A DNA stretch of 64,000 nucleotides from a virus (taxonomy: Duplodnaviria; Caudoviricetes): the IMG/VR virus record IMGVR_UViG_3300037183_000125, positions 69,886 through 133,885 of that record; one strand, given 5' to 3'. Numbering within the stretch: the stretch's first letter is position 1; each line of letters begins with the position of its first letter. Of the stretch, positions 41,776 through 51,284 are shown in pieces. Under the pieces are notes generated by a model. The model saw only the letters and a list, made by a program, of their open reading frames with translations, ran no database searches and had not been told where the DNA came from. Position numbers and translations under genes: made by a program.

Positions 41776-42858
41776 ATGACGTTCACCGTAGGCACAGAAA
41801 AACTTCCGTCGGACGCCAGCAATGTCGTGGCCGCGTACGTCCTACTGAACACCGACTTCATCCTCGCGAACCCCCTCACGGAGGTGAACAAGCCGGAGGT
41901 CTTCGCCCAGGTCTACGCGACGCTCGGGCTCGACCCGAAGCTCTGGTTCCTCAGCCAGATCACGCTGTCCGAGGTCACGCAGCCGTTCACGGCGCTCTAC
42001 GCTTACTCTTTCGGCATCCGGCTCGTCCAGGTTGGGACCCGCGACCCGCTCCTCCTACAGTTCATGGGGCCGGTCGGCCCCGTGGGCCCGGTCGGAAAGC
42101 AAGGCGGGGCAGGAAACCAGGGGCAGCAGGGCCCGACCGGGCCCGCCGGGGCCACAGGGCCGTTCGGCGGCCCTCCGGGCCCGACAGGACAGGCGGGGCA
42201 GCAGGGATCGACGGGACCACAGGGCCCGACTGGCGTCCGCGGCTTCCAGGGGTCCCCGGGAACCACCGGTCCCGGAGGGATTCAGGGCCCAACGGGCCCT
42301 CTCGGGATCCAGGGGCCACAGGGGCCACAGGGGCCGACCGGCCCAACGGGGCCGAGGGGGCCGACCGGAGCAGGCATACCGGGACCGACCGGCCCTCTGG
42401 GCCCAACGGGCCCCAGAGGAAACGTCGGGCCGACCGGCGGGGCCGGGACGGCCGGACCGCGCGGACTAGGGTTCGCCCCAGGCCAGCTCTACAAGGAGAC
42501 CCTTCCCATCTTCGCGGGAGGGTTCACCATGCCGGGCGGAGGCAACCCAGCGTCCATCGGCGGTCAAGCCTTCAACCCGGCCGGATACCAGCTGAGCGGG
42601 GCCTCCATGTCCGTCAAGCTGGTTGCGGTAGCCATGCGGGACACGAACGGGACAGGGTTCGTCGTCGTCCGAAACATATCGGACGGCGGGATCGGCGTCG
42701 CCACCCTGTCCGTGAGCCAGCCCGGGCTGACCAAGGTGAGCTCCGCCGCCATCCCGTTCCTCTCCACGGAGAAGGTCTACGACATCGTCGTCGACAAGGG
42801 CACGACCCTCGGGATGGCGGTCGCCTACGCCGGGTTCGAGATCGACCGGACGTTCTGA
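41776..42858 (+). CDS. Collagen triple-helix repeat protein (fibre-like)
   Basis: Gly-X-Y repeats over ~42067-42465 (GPT/GPQ-rich, two interruptions) between globular N- and C-domains. Confidence 0.85.
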   Translation: MTFTVGTEKLPSDASNVVAAYVLLNTDFILANPLTEVNKPEVFAQVYATLGLDPKLWFLSQITLSEVTQPFTALYAYSFGIRLVQVGTRDPLLLQFMGPVGPVGPVGKQGGAGNQGQQGPTGPAGATGPFGGPPGPTGQAGQQGSTGPQGPTGVRGFQGSPGTTGPGGIQGPTGPLGIQGPQGPQGPTGPTGPRGPTGAGIPGPTGPLGPTGPRGNVGPTGGAGTAGPRGLGFAPGQLYKETLPIFAGGFTMPGGGNPASIGGQAFNPAGYQLSGASMSVKLVAVAMRDTNGTGFVVVRNISDGGIGVATLSVSQPGLTKVSSAAIPFLSTEKVYDIVVDKGTTLGMAVAYAGFEIDRTF

Positions 42859-42892
42859 CGTAGGTCAGGCCGGACGGCCCGTAAGGGATCGC

Positions 42893-43420
42893 GTGAAGAA
42901 GACGATCCTGGCGTTGACACTGACGGCCCTGACGGGGTGCGCAGCGCGGCAGACCGAGGCCGTCACGGCCCTGCCGGCGCCGGAGTACGTCCTCGCGCGG
43001 GAGGACGCCGAGGCAAAGCCGGACGCGGTCCCGGAGCGCGAGGCCGAGCAGGTCGTCCATGCCTCCTTTCCCGGAGAGAGGGCGGAGTGCGCGCCAGGGG
43101 CCACGAAAGCCTGGGTTAAGTCATCCGTCCGAGGGTCCTTCACCGCGCCCAGGGCGGAACAGATCATGTACTTCGTCCGGTCCTACGAGTGCGACGGTCT
43201 TCCGTCGCAGCACAGGGACGAGCTAGTGGTCTATCAGGGAGGGCGAGAGGTCTGGCGCACGGCAGGGAACGAGCCAGTCCGCGCCATAGACGAGGACGGC
43301 GACGGACAGGACGAGTGGGTCGAGGTCCTCGGGAAGTGCGACCCCGAGTGCGGGGCCGAGGCCTGGGCGAGAGGATACGAGAACGGCACGGCCGTGGAGC
43401 TCGCCCACCTGAGGCCGTGA
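42893..43420 (+). CDS. Predicted lipoprotein
   Basis: MKKTILALTLTALTG-C lipobox signal; DEDGDGQDE Ca-binding-like loop. Confidence 0.7.
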   Translation: MKKTILALTLTALTGCAARQTEAVTALPAPEYVLAREDAEAKPDAVPEREAEQVVHASFPGERAECAPGATKAWVKSSVRGSFTAPRAEQIMYFVRSYECDGLPSQHRDELVVYQGGREVWRTAGNEPVRAIDEDGDGQDEWVEVLGKCDPECGAEAWARGYENGTAVELAHLRP

Positions 43421-43442
43421 GGCGGCCCCCCGGAGGGCCGCC
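43421..43442. terminator. GC hairpin between convergent genes
   Basis: GGCGGCCC-cccgga-GGGCCGCC directly after the lipoprotein stop; no U-tract. Confidence 0.45.
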
Positions 43443-43449
43443 CGCATCG

Positions 43450-44481
43450 TCACTTGACGAGCTCAGCGTTCTTGATCAAGATTTCGGAAAAGACGAGAAA
43501 ACCGTTCGGCCTGAGAAACGAGACGAGACCCTGATCCTGCATGGAACGGCAAGGAAGGCAGCAAACACGGCCGCGAACACAGCTTCGTTTGCCCTCCACG
43601 GAGGAGTCACAAAAACAGCACACAGAGCTCCGAGAAAGATAAAGCTTTCTTTGACGCTCCACGGACTCCGGCGTGTGGCGGCGCCCAGTCGAGGCAGCGG
43701 AGATCTTGGCCTTCGTCTCGTCCGAAAGACGGCGGCCGGTCATGCCGGTCATCTTGGTCGGGTCGGACCATGCGCGCCTGGAGGAGGCCGAGAGCTTCGC
43801 CCGCACCTCGGGGGAGGCCATGGCCTCACGGAGGGCAGACACACGCCTCTCCTTGACGCCAGGACGGGCGGACGAGGCGCGAGAGGCCTCGGACATGCGG
43901 GCCCGGGCGTCGGGCGAGGAAAGTGACTCCTTGAGGGTGGAGGAGATGGAAGCCTTGAAAGCCGGGTCGGCATAGACGACAGCGCGCTTTTCGACGGTCT
44001 CGGGGCGGGCGAGGGCGGCCTTCGTTAAGGCAGAGCGCTTGGCCCTCGACTCCGGGGAGCGGAGAGAGGCCTTCTGCTTCTCGCGGGCCTCAGGAGTTAA
44101 AAGGGGCGATATGTCACGAAGCATCATCTTCTCCCGAAACTCGGGACGATCCCATGGATTCCTGACGGGGTGCGGGGTGTGGAATCCACCTTTTTTCAGG
44201 TTGAAACCCTTCTCCGGGTTCGTCGTGTCAAAGTGGGAAATCCATTCCTGCTCGGCTGCGTTCGCGGCCTCGAGAGTGTCGCAAGTGGCGAGCACCTCGT
44301 GATCGAACGCGTCTTTCCCGTATTCGCGCAACGCGTTCGCGAAATGAGACCAACCCTTCTTGCTCAATGCTTTACATTGAGTTAAATGCTGACCCCAACG
44401 TCTTTGCCAGGTACGGGCCGTGAGCCCTACGTAGCGTCGTCCGGATTCGACATGAATATGACAGTAGATGGTCCATACCAT
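43450..44481 (-). mobile_element. GIY-YIG homing endonuclease with NUMOD3-like helical repeats
   Basis: WTIYCHIH..SGRRYVGLT...PEKGFN; LSDETKAKIS and HTPES repeats; terminal Cys finger. Confidence 0.85.
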
Positions 44482-44503
44482 GATGGACTTTACAGTCCAT
44501 CAT
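44480..44503 (-). promoter_or_regulatory. Perfect 10-bp hairpin with GUAA tetraloop sequestering the GIY-YIG start codon; contains GTAAAGT (44487-44493)
   Basis: Minus strand ATGATGGACT-GTAA-AGTCCATCAT-G; the 3' arm includes the AT of ATG 44481. Confidence 0.7.
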
Positions 44504-44525
44504 TTGGTCTCGTTCCAATCTCAGA

Positions 44526-47500
44526 TCAAAGCCTTATCCGGACTTGTATCGTGCTGGTTATATATTCCAGGGGGAATACCGGCACGTAAATCGCCTCGGT
44601 GCGCATGATGGTCGGGTCGTTGTCGTCCACGGAGACCGCGATGCCGGCGACCTTCTGCACGATCTGCTGATCGATCAGGGTCGAGAAGAGGCCGACGAGG
44701 GCGCTCTCTACAGTCTTGATCAGACCTCCCGTGAACTTCTGGCCGATGTACGGGTCGAGGACGCGACGGATGGACTGCTGGACGAACTGGATGGTCAGCG
44801 TCACCGAGGGCGTGCGCGTGATCACGTTCGAGACGTTCGTCGTCAGGCCGTGGCGGACCCGCATCCCGGCGTCGACCTGCTCGATGATCGACACGCCGTT
44901 GACGGCCACCTGGTTCGCCTCGGTCGGGTCGAGGACCCTCCCGAGCTTCTTGAACCCGAAGACCTGGCGGCGCGTCCAGGGGGTCGCGACGTCGACGGAC
45001 GGGTTGCAGGAGGCGCCGGCGAGGGCCGCGGCCATGTAGGTCGCGTCCACCAGCTGGTCGAACGTGTTTCCGCTGTTGTCCTGGACCGAGAGCACGTAGG
45101 CGTCGGGGTAGCTGACGACCATGAGCTCGGAGGCCAGGCTCTGGGCGATCGAGGTGACGCCCAGCGGGTTCGTGCCGGCGGCCGGGCCGACGACGCCGAT
45201 GCGCTCGCCCTCCTGGCGCGGGGACGACATGAACACGCAGTGCTGGTTCAGGTACCCGAAGATCTCCGGGTCGGTTCCGAGGGGCGTGATCACGTCGGGC
45301 TTCACGGAGCCCTGGATGGGCTTGCGCTGCTCGTCGATCGCCGCCTTGTACGCGCCGACCGAGGCCTGGGACGTGCCCGGGACCTTGAGGACCTGCTTGA
45401 GGCCGACGAGGACGGCGCCGTTGTTCTGGGCGACGGCCGCGGCGAGCGACAGCGGGAAGTCCGGGGTCTGGCTACCGAAATTCTGGATGATCGTCTTCGA
45501 GCTGCTGAACAGCTGCGTCGACAGGTCGGTTTTCGCGTACTGGTAGCTGGCGTAGTAGATGTCTCCGACGGCGGGCTCGGAGCCGCCCTTCTCGAAGGTG
45601 GTCACCAGGGCGGTGGTCCCCACGGCCATGCCGAGGGTGTTGAACACCGTCATCTCGAGGCCGTCGACGGCGCGGACCGGGATGGAGGCGTCCGCCGCGA
45701 AGGTGGAGGAGCAGACCAGGGTGAATGATCCGCCGTCCGCGTAGTCGCCGGCCGAGGCCGGCAGGACGGTGAAGCGCAGGCCGGTGACGGCGTCCGTGTA
45801 CGTCTGGCCCGGGATGCCGATGCCGGACGAGCCGCCCGGGGTGGAGCTCGAGACCTGGAAGCCAGACTGGGCCGCCTCGCCGGAGTCCCCGCTTACGCCC
45901 GGGACGATCCCGATGCCCGTGTCCGTCACGAACGCCGAGTTGGAGACGTTGGTGAAGGAGATGGTGGAGGTCGAGCCCGCGGTCCGCGAGCTTATCGAGA
46001 GGAAGTTCCCGAGGCCCGGAGCGAGGATGTTGTAAGCCACGCCGAGGGCGTTGAACGCCGAAGCGTAGTTCAGGGCCGAGGCAATGTCCGAGGCGCTCGG
46101 CTGAAGGCGGGTCACGGAGCCCGGCTGGAAGCCGAGGACCGAGTTGGCCGAGCCAAGAGAGGAGATCGCCACGACGGACGAGACGTCGTTGACCAGGGAG
46201 TCCAGGACCACGAAGCCGGCCTGGATGCCGAGACCGACGCGCGCTACGAGGACCGCGTTCGCCGTCGTCAGGACGTGGGTGACGTCCGCAGCGTTGTGGA
46301 CGACCGCGTTCGCAATGTGGCCCGCGTAGTGGACGGACACGTTGTAGAGGAACCGCATCGCCGACGGGAGGTCCGTGGGGACCGTCTCGGTGATGGTGTT
46401 CGTCGCGTCGGGCGAGTTGTGGACGGCGGCCGCGACGTCGATGATGTGCGCGTTGAACTTCGCCTTGATGTCCGCACACAGGGTTAGGAGGGAGGCCAGG
46501 GTCGTCGCGTTCGTCGCTGTTACAATGTTCGTCGAGTCGGCAGAGCCGTGAGATGTCAGAAAGGGGATGTGGAGATTGTACTTCGCCTTGATGTCGTTCG
46601 CGAAGGTGATGGCGGCCGCCAGGGCGGCAGCTTGCCCGGCCGCCGGGGCGGTCGCGGCGTACCCGGCGTTGACGTAGTTAACCACCGCGGCGACCGGGAC
46701 GGCCGTGCCGTTCGGGAGGACGGCCGTGTAGTCCTGGCCGTCGATGCCGAACAGGAACAGGTCGTTCACGTTCTGGACGATGTTGTACGCGCCGAGCTTG
46801 GTGCCGACGAGCTCCGCCGGCTGGTTGATCGCGCTGTAGCTGCCGTCGACCTCGAGGTTCGGGGTCAGGCCGAGGGCGACCGCGGCGTTCGTCTGGCCGG
46901 ACCCGGTCGGGGTCTGGATCTTGACGTTCGACACGAGGCCGTTGGTGGCGGACTGGGTGCTGCGGCCGACGATCTTGAGGATCGACTGCGCGCCGTACGA
47001 GACGGCCGACGCAAGAGCGTTGGGGGCGCTCGAGAGGAAGGTGGCGCTTCCGTCAGGGTGAACCTGGGTGTCCGCATCGATGGCAGCGTTGATCGCCGTG
47101 ACGACGGTAGAGAGGGAGGTCAGAGTTGAGACATCGACGAGAACTATGATCCCGTCGACCTGGACGGAAAGGCGGGCCGTCGACGGTAGTGCCGTGAACG
47201 GAGTCGCGATCGGCTGGCCCAGCATGACCGGCTTGTAGGCAGCGCTGAGGTCGACCGAGACCGGCGCGTTGCCGTCGATCACGACCCCGCCGAACAGGCG
47301 GGTGTAGCTGTAGATGCTGTACGGGTCAGCGTTCGCGTTCGAGAACGACGCGTGGGTGGCCGGCAGGAGGGAGGTATGGAACCCGACCGTGACGGTCTCG
47401 GCAACCGGGCTCCCGCCGAAGTAGAGGGCGTCCGGCAGGCTCTGAGAGCCCGACGGCCATTGGACGATCTGCGGCAGGGAGTTCTTGGTTCCGAACTTCA

Positions 47501-49196
47501 CGCCGAAGAGCGGGGCGCCGTTCGCGAGCTGTGAGGACAGCGTGTACGTGCCGACGCCGCTCGGGCCTGGCGTCACCACGGTGAGGGTATAGGTGTCGTC
47601 CTGGACAGTGTTGTACCAGAACGTCGCGAAGGCCTGCAGGTCCGCGGGGACCGGCGTCTTGAGCGTCACCAGGTTCGTCGACGAGTCGACGTCGAGGACC
47701 GTGACGGCCGGGCGCGAGTACGCATCGCGGAACGACTTGCCCACGTACACCGTAACGAGGTCGGGGCGGTTTGTCGGGAGGTCGATCCTGCCGTTGGTGA
47801 TCGTCTGGTACAGGCTGGTCCCGAGGGGCGTGTCGCGGCCGTTGCCGGTCGTAGCCTTGAGGGGGAGCACGAATGTGGTCGTAGAGACGGCGTTCGTGGT
47901 CGGGTCTGTGTAGCGCGCGACAGGAACGCCGAAGATCCGGTTGTCCACGAGCATGCCGACAACCTGGGTCGAGTCGAACGGGGTCGAGCCGGTGGTCTCG
48001 CCCGGGAGGACCTGCCACGAGGTCCCCCAGACGATCTTCGACTGGTCGCCGTCGTTGACGATGGTGAAGTCCGGGCCGTTCAGGTAGTCCCTGCGGCCGG
48101 GGGCAATGCCGACGTTCCCGACCGACACGACGTTCGAGTTCGGGAGATAGTCGAACGTGTCCTGCCAGGTGTTGAACCAGTACTGGACGGTAACGGTCGA
48201 GCCGTCGAACGGGGCGGCCTGAAGAGTCACGTTGCTGTTGGCGCCGTCGACCGAGGCCGGAATGACCTGGAGGCCGTTGACGAGCACGACAACCTTGGAG
48301 GTGTCCGTGGTAGTGATTCCGCCGTCCGAGCCGTCGACGATCGGGCCGTTGAACACGCGGAAGGACTTGTTGCGGCCGGTGCTGTCGCCGGGGTTGAAGC
48401 CGAGGACGCCGTCCGCCGTGCCGGAGCCGACACGGACGTTGCCGGAGGCGATGAGCTGGACGTGGCTGAGGCCGGCGGCGTCGATGTGCACCGACGCCGA
48501 GAGGCCGGGGACGGCCGCCGCGATGACGTCGGTCGCGATGTCCGAGGCGGCGCGGGTCCCGGCCGTCAGGGTGATGTTGACGGAGGTCGCCGAGTCGTTG
48601 ACGAACACCTCGAGGACGTCGTTAGTGCCGGCCTGAATGACGTAGAGCTCGGTCTTCGGGGCCACCAGGATGGCGGCGCCCGTGGTCACCTGGGACGACA
48701 CACCGTCGACGATCCTCGTGTCCTTACGGTGAAAGAAGTAGTTGACCGAGACGTTGTCGCCCGGGGCGGGCGGGACGAGCAGGGTGATGATGCCGTTCAG
48801 GCCGTCGACCTGAGAGACCACGGTCTGCTGGCCGTTCACGCTGACGGAGACCTTCGAGACGTCGTAGTCCACCTTGCCGGTGCCGCCGCCGTCGACGATC
48901 GGATAGTTCCTGACACGGAAGGCAGCGCGGCCGCCGTCCTGCGACCCGAGGACCGGGTTGTTCGGGGCACCGCCGACCACCCAGCGTCCGGTCGGATCCT
49001 CGCCGAAGATCGGCGTGTCCGCGAAGGAGCTCGAGCCGCGGATCATCTCCACGTCGGTCTGGGTCAGGGTCTCTTGCCCGACGCCGATGAGCACCGGAAC
49101 GCGGAGCCCTCCGAGCAGCTGGCCCACCACGGGGTCCAGAATGGTCTGGGTGTATACCCCCGGTGGTGCGTAGGTCGTAAAGGGTCCGATGGTCAT
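44526..49196 (-). CDS. Tail sheath protein, very large (~1556 aa)
   Basis: N-terminal YAPPGVYTQT; C-terminal sheath domain (ERIGVVG, MAAALAG, GVSIIEQ..MRVRHGLTT, YVPVFPLEYI). Start ATG 49196 with GAGGA SD. Confidence 0.9.
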   Translation of the reverse strand: MTIGPFTTYAPPGVYTQTILDPVVGQLLGGLRVPVLIGVGQETLTQTDVEMIRGSSSFADTPIFGEDPTGRWVVGGAPNNPVLGSQDGGRAAFRVRNYPIVDGGGTGKVDYDVSKVSVSVNGQQTVVSQVDGLNGIITLLVPPAPGDNVSVNYFFHRKDTRIVDGVSSQVTTGAAILVAPKTELYVIQAGTNDVLEVFVNDSATSVNITLTAGTRAASDIATDVIAAAVPGLSASVHIDAAGLSHVQLIASGNVRVGSGTADGVLGFNPGDSTGRNKSFRVFNGPIVDGSDGGITTTDTSKVVVLVNGLQVIPASVDGANSNVTLQAAPFDGSTVTVQYWFNTWQDTFDYLPNSNVVSVGNVGIAPGRRDYLNGPDFTIVNDGDQSKIVWGTSWQVLPGETTGSTPFDSTQVVGMLVDNRIFGVPVARYTDPTTNAVSTTTFVLPLKATTGNGRDTPLGTSLYQTITNGRIDLPTNRPDLVTVYVGKSFRDAYSRPAVTVLDVDSSTNLVTLKTPVPADLQAFATFWYNTVQDDTYTLTVVTPGPSGVGTYTLSSQLANGAPLFGVKFGTKNSLPQIVQWPSGSQSLPDALYFGGSPVAETVTVGFHTSLLPATHASFSNANADPYSIYSYTRLFGGVVIDGNAPVSVDLSAAYKPVMLGQPIATPFTALPSTARLSVQVDGIIVLVDVSTLTSLSTVVTAINAAIDADTQVHPDGSATFLSSAPNALASAVSYGAQSILKIVGRSTQSATNGLVSNVKIQTPTGSGQTNAAVALGLTPNLEVDGSYSAINQPAELVGTKLGAYNIVQNVNDLFLFGIDGQDYTAVLPNGTAVPVAAVVNYVNAGYAATAPAAGQAAALAAAITFANDIKAKYNLHIPFLTSHGSADSTNIVTATNATTLASLLTLCADIKAKFNAHIIDVAAAVHNSPDATNTITETVPTDLPSAMRFLYNVSVHYAGHIANAVVHNAADVTHVLTTANAVLVARVGLGIQAGFVVLDSLVNDVSSVVAISSLGSANSVLGFQPGSVTRLQPSASDIASALNYASAFNALGVAYNILAPGLGNFLSISSRTAGSTSTISFTNVSNSAFVTDTGIGIVPGVSGDSGEAAQSGFQVSSSTPGGSSGIGIPGQTYTDAVTGLRFTVLPASAGDYADGGSFTLVCSSTFAADASIPVRAVDGLEMTVFNTLGMAVGTTALVTTFEKGGSEPAVGDIYYASYQYAKTDLSTQLFSSSKTIIQNFGSQTPDFPLSLAAAVAQNNGAVLVGLKQVLKVPGTSQASVGAYKAAIDEQRKPIQGSVKPDVITPLGTDPEIFGYLNQHCVFMSSPRQEGERIGVVGPAAGTNPLGVTSIAQSLASELMVVSYPDAYVLSVQDNSGNTFDQLVDATYMAAALAGASCNPSVDVATPWTRRQVFGFKKLGRVLDPTEANQVAVNGVSIIEQVDAGMRVRHGLTTNVSNVITRTPSVTLTIQFVQQSIRRVLDPYIGQKFTGGLIKTVESALVGLFSTLIDQQIVQKVAGIAVSVDDNDPTIMRTEAIYVPVFPLEYITSTIQVRIRL

Positions 49197-49318
49197 TTCA
49201 GTTCCTCGTTCGAGCAAAGACCTAAAAATCGAGGTTTCAGTATCAAGTATGTGAAGAGAAAAGTCTGAGTATTAATCTCATCGCTCGAGTCAAGCTGACT
49301 AGATATGAAGAGCCTAGT

Positions 49319-49325
49319 GTAAGGT
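49319..49325 (+). promoter_or_regulatory. GTAnnGT motif (GTAAGGT), 6 nt before GTG 49332
   Basis: Recurrent motif; no SD. Confidence 0.55.
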
Positions 49326-49331
49326 CCCATT

Positions 49332-51284
49332 GTGCTGACCCCAGTAAAAGGACAGAGTCTACCAACAGACGGGTCAAGAAAGCATGTCCTATTCAACTGC
49401 TCCTGCGGGAGAACCTCCATCCTGAGGGAATGGAAGTCGTTCAAGAACGGTCATGCGAAGACGTGCGGGGAGTGCGGGCTATTACCGAAGTCCTACTGGA
49501 ACAGCACGTCGTTCGGGAAGCTGCGGATGAAGGATCCGAAGGACATGCACAGGATGTCCGGGAAAACGGAAGAATGGCTCTGCGAGTGCGGTAAGACGGC
49601 CTCCCTGAAGGTGAGACAGGTAACTACAGGGAGAACCGGCTCATGCGGCAGGTGCAACATTCTTCCGGCGTCGCACTTCATCTCTACGAAATATGGGAAG
49701 CTCCGTATGATGGAGCCAGTCGACACCCACCCGACGTCACACAAGAAGATGAAATGGATGTGCGACTGCGGAGGCGAGAGCGTGGCGACAGTCGCCAACG
49801 TAACGCGCGGATCAATCAAGACGTGCGGTAGATGCAACGTCCTGTCGGCATCACATTTTTCGGAGACGAAATATGGAAAGCTCCGGATGAAAAACCCGTC
49901 AGCCTTCCACGAAGGGACGGAAAAAATAGTCGCATGGACTTGCGACTGCGGCAGGACAATAGAGACAAGTATCGGGTGGGTGACAAAAGGAGATACAAAA
50001 TCGTGCGGAGACTGCAATCTCATATCAGCCGAGAAACTGGCAACCGAAAAGTTCGGGAGACTCCGGATGCAAAAACCGGAAAACTTCCACGCCGGCTCGA
50101 ACAGGAAGGTGTTGTGGATATGCGACTGCGGGAACAAGACGTTGGCGGTCTTCAGAAACGTTGTAAAGGGATACACAAAGTCATGTGGCGACTGTCGGAG
50201 AGGGGTGATCGAATGGTACCTAAGGAACAAAGACAAGATCAGAAATATGAGGACACCGATTAGGCAAGAAGACCTTCCTAAAGCGAGCCCGTTCACAATC
50301 TTGACGGTCATAGAACACACGGAAAGACCGTTCCGGTCTAAATGTGCGGTCTGCGGGGACGAGTTCTGGCCGATATGGGGGAACGTCAGAAACGGAAAAG
50401 CCCTGACGTGTGGATGCGGCATGAACAAGTCATCAATGGCGCAGAGGGAGATATTGAAGGCGATTATCGGTCTTGGCGTCGAGGCGGTCATGGAGGAGGA
50501 CGTGAACGGATTAAAATATGACGTGGCCGTCCCGTCGAAAAGATTATTGATCGAGTTCAATGGCCTGAGGTGGCATAGTTCACCTGACTCGAGGGAGAGG
50601 GACAATAGGAAATACTTGAACGCAATCAAGTCCGGACACCAGTTCCTCATGATATTCGAGGACGAGTGGAGGAACAATCCAGAAAAGGTAGTGCAGCTTA
50701 TTCAGAATAGGATCGGAAGAGGAAAACCGAGATCCGTCAGGCCGAGCGCATGCGAGCTAAAGGAGGTCGATCCGAAAGCGGTAGAACGCCTATACGAAGA
50801 GAACCATTATATCGGAATGTGCAGGGCCAGAGTCCATCTGGCGGTAGTCCTGGAAGGCAAAGTGATAGCAGCCGCCTCCTTCGCTAGGCCGACCAGGCAA
50901 TCCTCCCACCCGTGGGAGCTCGTCCGCATGGCCTCCGATCCAGGCTTCCGGGTTCACGGGATATGGTCCAAGTTAATGCACGAGTTCGTCCGGAGACATG
51001 AGCCACCGTCCATTGTCTCGTTCTCCGACAACAGACTCTTCGGAGGGGGCGTGTACGAGAAGGTTGGCTTCAGGCACGATGGTGACATAAGGCCCGACTA
51101 TTACTGGACGAAGGGCGGCAGGAGGTATCACAAGTCTGGCCTCCGGAAGAAAGGCGAGGAGAGGACGTCCGGTCTGACGGAGACACAACTCCGGGAGGCG
51201 AAAGGATACAGGAAGATCTGGGATCTCGGAAAGAAGCGATGGATATGGAGGGCTAACCCCCGGCATCCTTCTTCGCGGCCTTGA
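49332..51284 (+). mobile_element. Cys4 zinc-ribbon array + Vsr/EDxHD-like nuclease + Mom-like GNAT domain (paralog of 33252-35231)
   Basis: Six Cys4 modules; YDVAVP...IEFNGLRWH; NHYIG...WELVRM...IVSFSDNR...GGVYEKVGF. Confidence 0.75.
49512..50231 (+). repeat. Four imperfect 180-bp (60-aa) tandem coding repeats
   Basis: (F/Y)G(K/R)LRM codons recur at 49512, 49692, 49872 and 50052. Confidence 0.85.

Noticed and set aside
41397-42863. 488-aa plus-strand ORF overlapping the collagen gene
   Set aside because: Alternative frame of GC-rich Gly-X-Y codons; R/P/G-rich with no domain signal.
1-49196. Extracellular contractile injection system or tailocin
   Set aside because: Neck/adaptor-like genes, a sigma factor, RtcB and many homing endonucleases fit a large phage better, though capsid and terminase are not in the window.
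49493-50677. 394-aa minus-strand ORF with repeats
   Set aside because: Antisense of the Cys4 repeat array; its periodicity is inherited from the 180-bp repeats.
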